Part shown: one piece after another, positions 32,680-64,000 of the stretch
How positions within the stretch are numbered: position 1 is the first letter of the stretch
How the letters are laid out: every line of letters starts with the position of its first letter
Source of the DNA: Macrostomum lignano
Lineage: Eukaryota
Direction of reading: 5' to 3'
Assembly (NCBI GenBank): GCA_002269645.1
Contig: NIVC01000181.1
Span: 62,001-126,000, forward strand
Length of the DNA: 64,000 nt
Made by a program: the position numbers and the translations under genes
Notes under the pieces: generated by a model
Seen by the model: only the letters and a program-made list of their open reading frames with translations
Databases searched by the model: none
What the model was told of the DNA's origin: nothing

Positions 32680-33568
32680 GATTGAGATTGAGATAGAGAG
32701 ACTGAGATAGAGATAGAGATAGAGAGACTGAGATAGAGATAGAGATAGACAGACTGAGATAGAGATAGAGAGGCTGAGACAGGCTGGGATAGAGAGACTG
32801 AGATAGAGATAGACAGACAGAGACAGGCTGGGATAGACAGGCTGGGATAGACAGGCTGGGATAGACAGGCTGGGATAGACAGGCTGGGATAGACAGGCTG
32901 GGATAGACAGGCTGGGATAGACAGGCTGGGATAGACAGGCTGGGATAGACAGGCTGGGATAGACAGGCTGGGATAGACAGGCTGGGATAGACAGGCTGGG
33001 ATAGACAGGCTGGGATAGACAGGCTGGGATAGACAGGCTGGGATAGACAGGCTGGGATAGACAGGCTGGGATAGACAGGCTGGGATAGACAGGCTGGGAT
33101 AGACAGGCTGGGATAGACAGGCTGGGATAGACAGGCTGGGATAGACAGGCTGGGATAGACAGGCTGGGATAGACAGGCTGGGATAGACAGGCTGGGATAG
33201 ACAGGCTGGGATAGACAGGCTGGGATAGACAGGCTGGGATAGACAGGCTGGGATAGACAGGCTGGGATAGACAGGCTGGGATAGACAGGCTGGGATAGAC
33301 AGGCTGGGATAGACAGGCTGGGATAGACAGGCTGGGATAGACAGGCTGGGATAGACAGGCTGGGATAGACAGGCTGGGATAGACAGGCTGGGATAGACAG
33401 GCTGGGATAGACAGGCTGGGATAGACAGGCTGGGATAGACAGGCTGGGATAGACAGGCTGGGATAGACAGGCTGGGATAGACAGGCTGGGATAGACAGGC
33501 TGGGATAGACAGGCTGGGATAGACAGGCTGGGATAGACAGGCTGGGATAGACAGGCTGGGATAGACAT
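32680..33568. repeat. 14-bp highly homogeneous minisatellite with a degenerate GA-rich left flank
   Basis: Unit GACAGGCTGGGATA. Confidence 0.96.
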
Positions 33569-34968
33569 ACTATACTCATACAGACTAGATATAGGCTGAC
33601 AGATATACACAGCGATAGGCAGAACACAGTGTGGTTGAATGGGGGAGGGCACACAAGGCCGTGGTTGAGATTAAGTGAATGAATGAGTTTCTTCTTTAAG
33701 ATTATAAAATTTCTACAACTGTTTCGAGTTAAACAAATTAATGTAACATTTGCAACCATATTTCAAAACATCAAACCAGTCAATCTGTCGATAACAGGTG
33801 ACTGAAAATCCAGAGTTGTCTATCTAACAAGCCTCTTGATCATCCACCTGACTTGCCGATCAAGATGTTGCCAGATGAGCAACTGTGGATTCTGGGTGAC
33901 AGTTAATGCTTTCGGAGTGGTTTAATGCAATAATGAGGCGCGGGAGTGTTGAGTTGGCAAGTGAGTCATGCCCAGTGAGATTGGAATAGCGAAAAATATA
34001 GTGGAATAGGATTCACGGCGAGACTGGACACCTGGCATCTCATGAAATATTTGTAGACCAAGTTGTAAAACTTAATCTAGACTTTTCAGAGCCAGCCACG
34101 TGCGTTTCATGCAAAAATTATAGCATATTATTTTTTCTGTGTTGAAGGTCTCTGCTAGAAGAAGGAATTTGAATGACATGCTTCCCTGACTGGGGCGGCG
34201 GCAGCTGCAGTTTACAGGGAGACTGAGAGGCAGGTAGAAGAAGGAGACGGGGAGCTAGGCAAGCATAAAGGCATATAGAGATAATAGGGGCCATTGCGAA
34301 AGATAGTGGAATTTAGAGAGGGCGAAAGAGATGGAGATAAGAAATATAAGAAAGAAATAAGAAAGATAGAGCGAGAGACAAAAAGGAGACAGAGGGGGTA
34401 GAGAAGGACATAGAGAGGTAGATGGAGAGGGAGACAGCGAGGGAGACAGAGAGGGAGATAGAGAGGGAGGTATAAAACGATAGCAACGGATAAATCAGTA
34501 GGGTAACAGACAGGTAGAAAATCCTCGGTAGATGAAGTGAGAGACATTCGAGCGCTGCTATAATATAGCAGAAGAATGAAGCAGGTAAAGAACACCAACC
34601 ACAGGCCAGCGATTGACTCGTTGAAAGCCGCTGCTAAACAGTTCAATGCTCCCTCCCTGCCCCCAGGGTCAACAGACCTCGCTCCCTGACTGTCTGCACT
34701 AATCTAATTAAAAACGCGTCACTGCCAGCCACCTTCTTGAGCTTGTTTGTCACTAATGCCTAACCGAGCTGAAAAAATAACCTATCCCATACTGCCGTCT
34801 CCTCCCAGACATTGTGAGCTGAGACCGCCGGGGGGATTGAGAATTTCATTTGAGCACTAAACAAAGAATAATAGTTGTTTTTGAATTCGGGAAAATGAAT
34901 AATACTTGTAGTTCGTACTTGTAGAGGCCTCAAAATAGTGTATCTTCTTAGCAGTTGCTGGAACAGCA

Positions 34969-36337
34969 CACTATCAGTGACAGTTTGCAGTGAGCACACA
35001 CTATTTGAGCATTATTGAATCATTTTAGCAACTAATTTTAGGCAGCAGAACATTCAAGACAGTCCAGAGTGTCTCCAGTCACAGCTCAGCGATAATTACC
35101 GCCCGTGTCCGCAAAAGATGCGTGGCTCCCGCCGTCACTTGTGAAACGCTAATTATGACAGCTCTTATCAGTGTGTGAAGTCATAAATTACCTGGCCAAA
35201 CCTGTTGAGCGAATTCCAAAAACCGTGCCATATCGGTCTTACGGAGGGAGTTCTGAGCACTGGGTTGGAGACCCGGCAAAGCTGTTTCTAAGAAAGTCTG
35301 TGACGCAACTCCAATGCCGCCTGTGAAAGTGAAACTGGACTCCGTTCTCCTTCATCAGTTGAGCTGAGCCCATTTTGAGTTGGCATCTGGCAGTACATTT
35401 TATAGCAGTTGCCATGAGAACTAGAGGGTGCAGCTTCTCGAGTACAGAAAAAATTGGAAACTGCTCAGATTGCAGAGTTGGAAATTTTGGTAAAGTATAA
35501 CAAAAGTGACTGGATTGACTGGCTGAGCACTGCAGACTCATGGCTGTATGAATACACACAGATTCTATATGTGTAGCGGGGACCGCTCCTGGCACTGAGA
35601 TGGGGGCACTGACCTCCCCTTTTGGAATTTGGGATCATTGCTTGACTGCAATGGGATATCCATGCAAGAAAGGTCAATGGGGTCAGTTGGGATCTGGATG
35701 GGACCTGATGAAGTTGTGCTCAGAACTAAATGCAGGCCAAGGATGACGCGTTCAGCAAGGTCTCGCTAATTCCTCACATCAAACGGCTCAGAGCTGCTCT
35801 TCTGTTTCCACAGCTGGTCCCAGGCCTTGGTGTCCTCTGCTGACCCCGCCCTAGAAGGCTCCCCCGACCCCCTGCTTGCGGACTCTCGCGCCGGTGTCCG
35901 CACAGGTGGAGCCACCCCGCTGAGAGAAGGTTCGGGACGGGCAGGCGGCTCAATATGGGACCGGGCTGATCAATGAGGAGAATTATCCCCTCATTTGGGA
36001 GCGGAACAATAGCAGAGCGGAGTCCTAGCCCAGAGGAACTTTCTCACCTAGAGTTGCAAAGAGGTCCGCCTTGCCTGCCTGCCCGCCCAACCCACTGAGT
36101 CTTTGTGCAGCATGGATTTTCCCAAGGAGATTCTGCAAATCTAGCACCCCGCTGTCTCGCTTTGCTTGTTGGGGACTGTTTGCCAGTGCTCTGCAAATGC
36201 GATCATCTAAGCAAGCAATTAACCCATTTACAGTTCGTTGAGCTAAGAATGCTGACCCATGCAGTGCGGCACATGGGTTTGCACAGCCTCGCATGGTTTT
36301 GAGACAATCATGTAATTAACGAACACTTTCTTAAATA
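34969..36337 (-). repeat. Segment X, left copy (~1.37-kb inverted duplicate of 54484-55839), identity unknown
   Basis: Near-identical reverse complement; twin ORFs 35239..35595(-) / 55214..55570(+) and 35465..35677(-) / 55132..55344(+). Confidence 0.92.
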
Positions 36338-37981
36338 CCCCAATCCCTTGCTTCATTTTATAACCTTCTTTTAAAATTCGTATGTTAACTGAATTGCCAA
36401 AGATTCTCCATATTCGAAGGTGTACTTTTTTTATGCCCCCCACTGTAGCTACACAGTGGCGGTGTGCACGTGTGGCATTTTGCATCGGCCCAGCCCAGCA
36501 ATTCTCTCTCCCTACATGACCGCTCTGCCGCCGTGGCCAACAGCCTCTCCAGCACTGTACTATAAATATACACGATATCTTGTAGCCCAAGAGGCACTGC
36601 TGCCCAAGAGGCACAAAAGCATCTCCTCCGGTCTTGTCATTTGTCTTGCCTTTATCTGAAGGCAGAAGATAACCGGTGCTTCGAACATCGAAAAACATCG
36701 CGTTATAGAATTAAGGTTAACTGAATTTTTAGCTAGTTCCAGTTATGATTAACAGCTTTTCCGTTACATTTATACGTTAAAATGGGCCAGTAAGCTCGGC
36801 GCACCGGTGCTTTGTTTCCATGCATGGAAGTATAATTAGAAAAAAATCCAATAGCTATCACTTCCAGTTTTGAGAGCTTAAATCCCTAATTAGCTTTTTA
36901 ACCCTCGGTCTGGAGCCGGTTATTTTAAATGCAGGCACTAATTTAAACAATACCATGCACAGTGTACCAATGTTAGGCTTTAACTTGCAGTTTTCAAATT
37001 AAAGAGTATTATGTTTTTTTATTAAATTAGAGTTTGGATATTATTTGTTTTCACCTTTTAACGATATAGTTTTCGCGATTATTAAGTTTTCGCTGAGAGT
37101 CTAAGAAACAAATTACAAAAAATCAAAACAACATTTTGCAGCGTTAACAACATTCATTTATTATACTCCATATACATGATATAATGTGTTTTTTTCTTTT
37201 AATTTAAATATTTTATACTGTATTCAGCTATAACGAGTATCTAAAAATTAAGGCCTACTCTATAATTTCTCTCTTTTAATTTCGTATTCATTCTTAACTC
37301 TCTAACAACTATTTTATCAACCTAGCATAATACAAGTGTATTTAGGATTTATTTTTATCTGCTTTAGTTCCTCAGTATCGAAATTAGTAAAATTAGGCGT
37401 CAAAAACACCGAATAAATATTCCTTTAAAAAACTAAACTACAATTATCAACTCTACAAGACTAATTGAAATTGAAATATTGAAATTTAAAAAATAATTTT
37501 GCAACTTACAGTATTATCTATGAATTAATACCCAAAAATTTCTGTTATCTGTTTCATCAAATTTAGCACAAAGTCTTTCATTTCATTGTTTACTTTTTGT
37601 CAGTAAAAATTCTACTAAATATTAACTATTGTCTCGAGGCTAAAATATGCTTTAGTTATAATACAATTAAAATTCAAATAGTGTCTGAATTTGGCCTTGG
37701 GGAGTCACTTTGTGGTTGAAATGTTTCATACCCTTTATTTTATTAAATTAAAAATTATATGGACTAAAATTTTGGTTGTAATGAATTGATGCATTTTAGA
37801 TTTTTTATATAATTTCTTGGAAAAAATTACATGTTGGTTATTTGCATTTTAGTGTATAGTAAAGTTATTATACCATAAAGAATAGTATCTCTTAATTATA
37901 ATTTAATAAAGAGAGACATTTTTAGTACATAGGATGCATAGTTATTGTGATATTTAATTGTAACATTTCAGAAGTCGCCAG

Positions 37982-52646
<14,665 letters not shown>

Positions 52647-52717
52647 CGGTTTTGTTTCGGGTTTGCCGTTCCCATCTTATAATTTGAAGCTGACCCTTTC
52701 CATCCTGCCAATACTGC

Positions 52718-53080
52718 CTCTGTACTCATCCATCCGCCCCCTGTACTCATCCATCCGCCCCTGTACTCATCCATCCGCCCCCTGTACTCATCCATCCGCC
52801 CCTGTACTCATCCATCCGCCCCCTGTACTCATCCATCCGCCCCCTGTACTCATCCATCCGCCCCTGTACTCATCCATCCGCCCCCTGTACTCATCCATCC
52901 GCCCCCTGTACTCATCCATCCGCCCCCTGTACTCATCCATCCGCCCCCTGTACTCATCCATCCGCCCCTGTACTCATCCATCCGCCCCCTGTACTCATCC
53001 ATCCGCCCCTGTACTCATCCATCCGCCCCCCGAACTCATCCATCCGCCCCTGTACTCATCCATCCGCACCCTGTACTCAT
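52718..53080. repeat. 22-23-bp minisatellite just 3' of the CLASP stop
   Basis: Unit CTGTACTCATCCATCCGCCCC(C). Confidence 0.93.
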
Positions 53081-54483
53081 AAAAATAAGTAAATCATCTA
53101 AAACAGCCTCTAAATCAACCCATCCGCCAAAAGTCACACTCTAACAATCTGACCGATCATTAATTCGATTTTCTTGTGATTTCTTAAGTCCCGAACTCTT
53201 GGGATTGCTGGATAAGGTCATTAATAACTATCCATTGCTTTTCACACTTCATAGCCATCCCAGCGTGTCTCTAGCAACTTGCCATTGCCAACCATAACCT
53301 AATTTCTGATAGTTCATTTGTTAAAATCGGCCTTCCATCTAAAATAGAAAAGTTTTAAACAAATTTAATTCTTTATTAGTACGCTTAGTGTGTATTGCAG
53401 TCATACCTGTGTGTGTCTATTTGATATTGCAAAGCAGCTACTTGTAATACAGCTGTGTCTAGCCCACATAAATTTTTTCATAATTTTTATTTTTGATTGC
53501 AAACCTGTATTAAAATTTTGTCAAGTATTTGTTATTTATAATAATTATTGGCAAAAGTTTCCGATTGCGCAGTCATTATTTTCATTAATTTCGAATTGCA
53601 TACGCTTCCACTCTGCGATATTATCGTGATAACTCAGATTATTTAAAAAAAATGTGTGACTAGTTGATTCGTAACTTTATTAGAATATAATCTCACTTTT
53701 TATTCATCTATTAAGAGTAATAAAGACAATTGATTCTCTTATTTAACTGAGCTTTTTCATTTGAACAAACAATTATAGATTTGGCTTAAATAAATTCATT
53801 AAATACTGATGAGTAGTATGTGTGGCGTTTTATGCCATTTTTCTCAGTAAAATGCAGTGATATTATTGGATATTTATAGTGGCATTATCTGCATACTTCA
53901 TCTAATTTGTTTTTATTTGTGTTGTCATTATTGTGTTATTTTTCAAAGTTTAGTCACACCTGCAGAGCAGAACTAAAATTTCGTTTAATATTTCGCCTTT
54001 TATTACTACTGCTATGGCTACTAGTGAGTAGGAATATGCGCGCGTCGACCACACGTGGAATGTTTTCTATTGATCAACCTTCTTTTGAGACTTTCTTGAG
54101 CTTCTCTTGTCAATCTGATAATCGAGTCAATTAATATTGAAATATATTTAAATAAATTTATATTGTTCTTGCGACAGCTGTTTTCTGCTTTTTTGAAAAA
54201 GCAGAAATTATTAATTAATTCGCTTTACTATACTGCTGCTTGCTCGTCTATCAATTCTGAAAGTGAAAATGTGGAATTTATGAAATCTTTGTTATTATTT
54301 TGTGTTTTCTTGTTGTTGTGAAATTTATCTTCTAAATGGTGAAAATTAAAAATATGAAAAAAACAGACGATGCAATAAAACAAAACTTAAAATGCCTGCG
54401 GACATCCTTGCACAAACCAGGGAAACGAACCAGGGTTAGCGTAGCGCGAGAGCAGCTCCGGCCCCTGAAGCAAAGCAGATTTT

Positions 54484-55839
54484 GGTATTTTTAGGAAAGT
54501 GTTCGTTAATTACATGATTGTCTCAAAACCATACAAGGCTGTGCAAACCCATGTGCATTCTTAGCTCAACGAACTGTAAATGGGTTAATTGCAATTCTTA
54601 GATGATCGAATTTGCAGAGCACTGGCAAACAGTCCCCAACAAGCAAAGCGAGACAGCGGGGTGCTAGATTTGCAGAATCTCCTTGGGAAAATCCATGCTG
54701 CACAAAGACTCAGTGGGTTGGGCGGGCAGGCAGGCAAGGCGGACCTCTTTGCAACTCTAGGTGAGAAAGTTCCTCTGGGCTAGGACTCCGCTCTGCTATT
54801 GTTCCGCTCCCAAATGAGGGGATAATTCTCCTCATTGATCAGCCCGGTCCCATATTGAGCCGCCTGCCCGTTCCGAACCTCCTCTCAGCGGGGTGGCTCC
54901 ACCTGTGCGGACACCGGCGCAAGAGTCCGCAAGCAGGGGGTCGGGGGAGCCTTCTAGGGCGGGGTCAGCAGAGGACACCAAGGCCTGGGACCAGCTGTGG
55001 GAACAGAAGAGCAGCTCTGAGCCGTTTGATGTGAGGAATTAGCGAGACCTTGCTGAACGCGTCATCCTTAGGCCAACATTTAGTTCTGAGCACAACTTCA
55101 TAAGGTCCCATGCAGATCCCAACTGACCCCATTGACCTTTCTTGCATGGATATCCCATTGCAGTCAAGCAATGATCCCAAATTCCAAAAGGGGAGGTCAG
55201 TGCCCCCATCTCAGTGCCAGGAGCGGTCCCCGCTACACATATAGAATCTGTGTGTATTCATACAGCCATGAGTCTGCAGTGCTCAGCCAGTCAATCCAGT
55301 CACTTTTGTTATACTTTACCAAAATTTCCAACTCTGCAATCTGAGCAGTTTCCAATTTTTTCTGTACTCGAGAAGCTGCACCCTCTAGTTCTCATGGCAA
55401 CTGCTATAAAATGTACTGCCAGATGCCAACTCAAAATGGGCTCAGCTCAACTGATGAAGGAGAACGGAGTCCAGTTTCACTTTCACAGGCGGCATTGGAG
55501 TTGCGTCACAGACTTTCTTAGAAACAGCTTTGCCGGGTCTCCAACCCAGTGCTCAGAACTCCCTCCGTAAGACCGATATGGCACGGTTTTTGGAATTCGC
55601 TCAACAGGTTTGGCCAGGTAATTTATGACTTCACACACTGATAAGAGCTGTCATAATTAGCGTTTCACAAGTGACGGCGGAGCCACGCATCTTTTGCGGA
55701 CACGGGCGGTAATTATCGCTGAGCTGTGACTGGAGACACTCTGGACTGTCTTGAATGTTCTGCTGCCTAAAATTAGTTGCTAAAATGATTCAATAATGCT
55801 CAAATAGTGTGTGCTCACTGCAAACTGTCACTGGTAGTG
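54484..55839 (+). repeat. Segment X, right copy (inverted duplicate of 34969-36337)
   Basis: See left copy; it differs by scattered substitutions and a ~17-bp indel near 54555. Confidence 0.92.
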
Positions 55840-56014
55840 GAACTCAAGCTCAACAGCTGCTGGCTGTGTTTGCACCAGAATTTTCAGCATTTTTGTCGCG
55901 GAACTGCTAAGTCTTTAATTATCAGGCAATGACAGGTGCTGTCTTCAGGTCTTTCTGCATCACTTGTTGAACTTGTAAAAATTGGAAATATGAAGCATAT
56001 TTGAGACTGAAATG

Positions 56015-57350
56015 TGAGAGAGAGAACAGGGGAGAGAGAGAACAGGGGAGAGAGAGAACAGGGGAGAGAGAGAACAGGGGAGAGAGAGAACGGGGGAGAG
56101 AGAGAACAGGGGAGAGAGAGAACAGGGGAGAGAGAGAACAGGGGAGAGAGAGAACAGGGGAGAGAGAGAACAGGGGAGAGAGAGAACAGGGGAGAGAGAG
56201 AACAGGGGAGAGAGAGAACAGGGGAGAGAGAGAACAGGGGAGAGAGAGAACAGGGGAGAGAGAACAGGGGAGAGAGAGAACAGGGGAGAGAGAGAACAGG
56301 GGAGAGGGAACAGGGGAGAGAGAACAGGGGAGAGAGAACAGGGGAGAGAGAACAGGGGAGAGAGAGAACAGGGGAGAGAGAGAACAGGGGAGAGAGAGAA
56401 CAGGGGAGAGAGAGAACAGGGGAGAGAGAGAACAGGGGAGAGGGAACAGGGGAGAGAGAACAGGGGAGAGAGAACAGGGGAGAGAGAACAGGGGAGAGAG
56501 AGAACAGGGGAGAGAGAGAACAGGGGAGAGAGAGAACAGGGGAGAGAGAGAACAGGGGAGAGAGAGAACAGGGGAGAGAGAGAACAGGGGAGAGAGAGAA
56601 CAGTGGAGAGAGAACAGGGGAGAGAGAACAGGGGAGAGAGAACAGGGGAGAGAGAGAACAGGGGAGAGGGAACAGGGGAGAGAGAGAACAGGGGAGAGAG
56701 AACAGGGGAGAGAGAGAACAGGGGGAGAGAGAGAACAGGGGAGAGAGAGAACAGGGGAGAGAGAACAGAGGAGAGAGAACAGGGGAGAGAGAACAGGGGA
56801 GAGAGAACAGGGGAGAAAAACAGGGGAGAGAGAGAACAGGGGAGAGAGAGAACAGGGGAGAGAGAGAACAGGGGAGAGAGAGAACAGGGGAGAGAGAGAA
56901 CAGGGGAGAGGGAACAGGGGAGAGAGAGAACAGGGGAGAGAGGACAGGGGAGAGAGATCAGGGGAGAGAGAGAACAGGGGAGAGAGAGAACAGGGGAGAG
57001 AGAACAGGGGAGAGAGAACAGGGGAGAGAGAGAACAGGGGAGAGAGGACAGGGGAGAGAGATCAGGGGAGAGAGAACAGGGGAGAGAGATCAGGGGAGAG
57101 AGAACAGGGGAGAAAAACAGGGGAGAGAGAGAACAGGGGAGAGAGAACAGGGGAGAGAGAACAGGGGAGAGAGAACAGGGGAGAGAGAACAGGGGAGAGA
57201 GAACAGGGGAGAGAGAACAGGGGAGAGAGAACAGGGGAGAGAGAACAGGGGAGAGAGAACAGGGGAGAGAGGACAGGGGAGAGAGAACAGGGGAGAGAGA
57301 ACAGGGGAGAGAGAACAGGGGAGAGAGGACAGGGGAGAGAGAACAGGGAT
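56015..57350. repeat. 19/21-bp purine-rich minisatellite
   Basis: Unit GAGAGAGAACAGGGGA(GA)n. Confidence 0.95.
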
Positions 57351-57919
57351 GGTATAACAGGAGTTTTTCAACTAAGACCGAAGCGACCCCACAGTGAGTG
57401 AGTCTGTCAACTGATGGGGACTTGTATGCTCAAGAAGTGCCCAAGGGGGTTAAACAATGGCCCATAGCGGTTCTTTAACAGAAATTCCGGAAGTGCCAGC
57501 TGCGACAGAAGAAAAATCGGCCCATGTTTCAGCTTCAATGAGTTGCAAAAATTCAAGGACTGACTGGCTATCCATCTGTGCAGGCGTTAAGAAAGACAGA
57601 AATGTTTGTTTTTCAATGTCTTCAATGCAAGAAGTCGTAGAGAGACTGTGTTTTCCTGGGTTCTCAAGCTGTTTGCAGTCCAGTGAGGGCGTCATGAATA
57701 TTTTTAATGTCGTTCTCAATCAATTAAAACAAAATAGTTTTAGCCATTCCTTCAAGTCTATAAGCGGCGTTAAGTTTACATATTAGCGACGCAAACGTCA
57801 GTTTCTGAATACAAGAGTCTCGATCCACTCACGGGAATACCTCTATTTTATGAATTTCACATTCCAGCGTTGATGTTTGAAAGTTTTTTGTTTTAGAGGG
57901 AATATAGAAGTGAGCTGTG

Positions 57920-58390
57920 AGCAGAGGACAGAAGAGAGGAAACTAGATGACGGGAGAGGATCGGAGAGAATAGATAACGAAAAGAAGAGGTGATGAGAGG
58001 AGAGGAGAGGAGAGGAGATGAAAGGAGAGGAGAGGAGAGGAGAGGAGATGAGAGAAGATGAGAGGAGATGAGAGGAGATGAAAGAGGATAAGAGAAGATG
58101 AGAGGAGATGAGAGGAGCGAAGAGAATAAATAACAGAAAGGGAAAACAGAGGCGAGAAGAAGATATGAGAGGAGAGGAGAGGAGAGGAGAGGAGAGGAGA
58201 GGAGAGGAGAGGAGAGGAGAGGAGAGGAGAGGAGAGGAGAGGAGAGGAGAGGAGAGGAGAGGAGAGGAGAGGAGAGGAGAGGAGAGGAGAGGAGAGGAGA
58301 GGAGAGGAGAGGAGAGGAGAGGAGAGGAGAGGAGAGGAGAGGAGAAGAGATGAGATGAGACTTAAGAGGAGCAGAGAGAATAGAGGAGAG
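57920..58390. repeat. (GAGGA)n microsatellite with degenerate flanks
   Basis: Direct reading. Confidence 0.92.
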
Positions 58391-58687
58391 AGAGTATGGG
58401 AGAAGATACAAAGCTCATATCAGTGAGTCAGTGCCAATTAGGTCTGTTAGCGCTGTCTTCAAACCAAGAAAAAAGTTGTGCAATCCGCCATCAAATTGGT
58501 TCAACATTACAGAGGACTGAACTTTAAAGTTACTTTATTCACAAAATCCAGTTGCTCACAGCTGTTTTTTTCTGGTAAAATGTCAAAAGCATAAAAAATC
58601 GCAACAAACTTTTAATTCCCAGCGGGAGGTCTCGCTATGCTCACTGTTAGCCTGTGTGGCTTACGGTACCCTTTAGAAATTCTTCGA

Positions 58688-58863
58688 ATGACGCAACAGC
58701 GGATTTTCCACTCCTGCCCAAGCTGACTGAGACTGCCTGCCCACCAGCCAATGAGAATCGTCGGAGTGATTCTATTGGCCACAGTCTGTGGGGTGAGGGC
58801 GGCCTGCCCTCAGACTGCGTTTTTCGAACACCCCCCCCCAACTCTTTTGGACCATAAAACCGG
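58688..58863 (+). promoter_or_regulatory. Putative ovo2 core/proximal promoter
   Basis: ATGACGCAACAG (58688-58699), CCAGCCAATGA (58744-58754), CTATTGG (58772-58778), CCTCAGACTG and CATAAAACCGG (58853-58863); shared with ovo1. Confidence 0.75.
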
Positions 58864-58977
58864 AGTCACTTTGCACCAGATCGAGCACTCGCACAACTGT
58901 AACAAGCGGAAAATTTAGCTTTGTGAAAAGATTCAAAAGTGTATTAAGCTGTCAGTCAGAGCTCATCGCTGAATTTA

Positions 58978-64000
<5,023 letters not shown>

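Noticed and set aside
57450-57786. Overlapping ORFs between the two purine arrays upstream of ovo2 (similarly 32172-32378 and 34760-34999)
   Set aside because: Short, with no identifiable homology or convincing splice context.

Overview
Eukaryotic (invertebrate animal) genomic DNA. GC-rich exons are embedded in introns packed with tandem minisatellites, an architecture that resembles the flatworm Macrostomum lignano as I recall it (inference, not verified). Most ORFs in the supplied track are artefacts of tandem repeats. Reading splice sites by hand gives five genes: (1) an 11-exon type I inositol-1,4,5-trisphosphate 5-phosphatase (INPP5A-like, minus strand, 1986-19438); (2) a secreted neuropeptide precursor with seven tandem SE(F/Y)L-G amide peptides of EFLamide/TRH type (plus, ~21666-22271); (3) a complete ovo/shavenbaby-type C2H2 zinc-finger gene (minus, 24778-30318); (4) a CLASP/Orbit microtubule regulator that seems to lack TOG1 and has a 1-bp frameshift near 43056 (plus, ~37982-52646); (5) a second ovo paralog in inverted, head-to-head orientation (plus, 58978 to beyond the window end). 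The most striking structure is the ~40-kb quasi-palindrome ovo1(<-) X(<-) [CLASP] X(->) ovo2(->). Near-identical tracts alternate with strongly diverged ones (promoter spacers, first exon, exon 3), which suggests old paralogs patchily homogenised by gene conversion. About 35 distinct tandem arrays, one tRNA-derived CORE-type SINE and two MITE-like elements are also present. The MITE-like elements carry 2-3 copies of the 21-bp motif that forms a ~100-copy intronic array elsewhere in the window.
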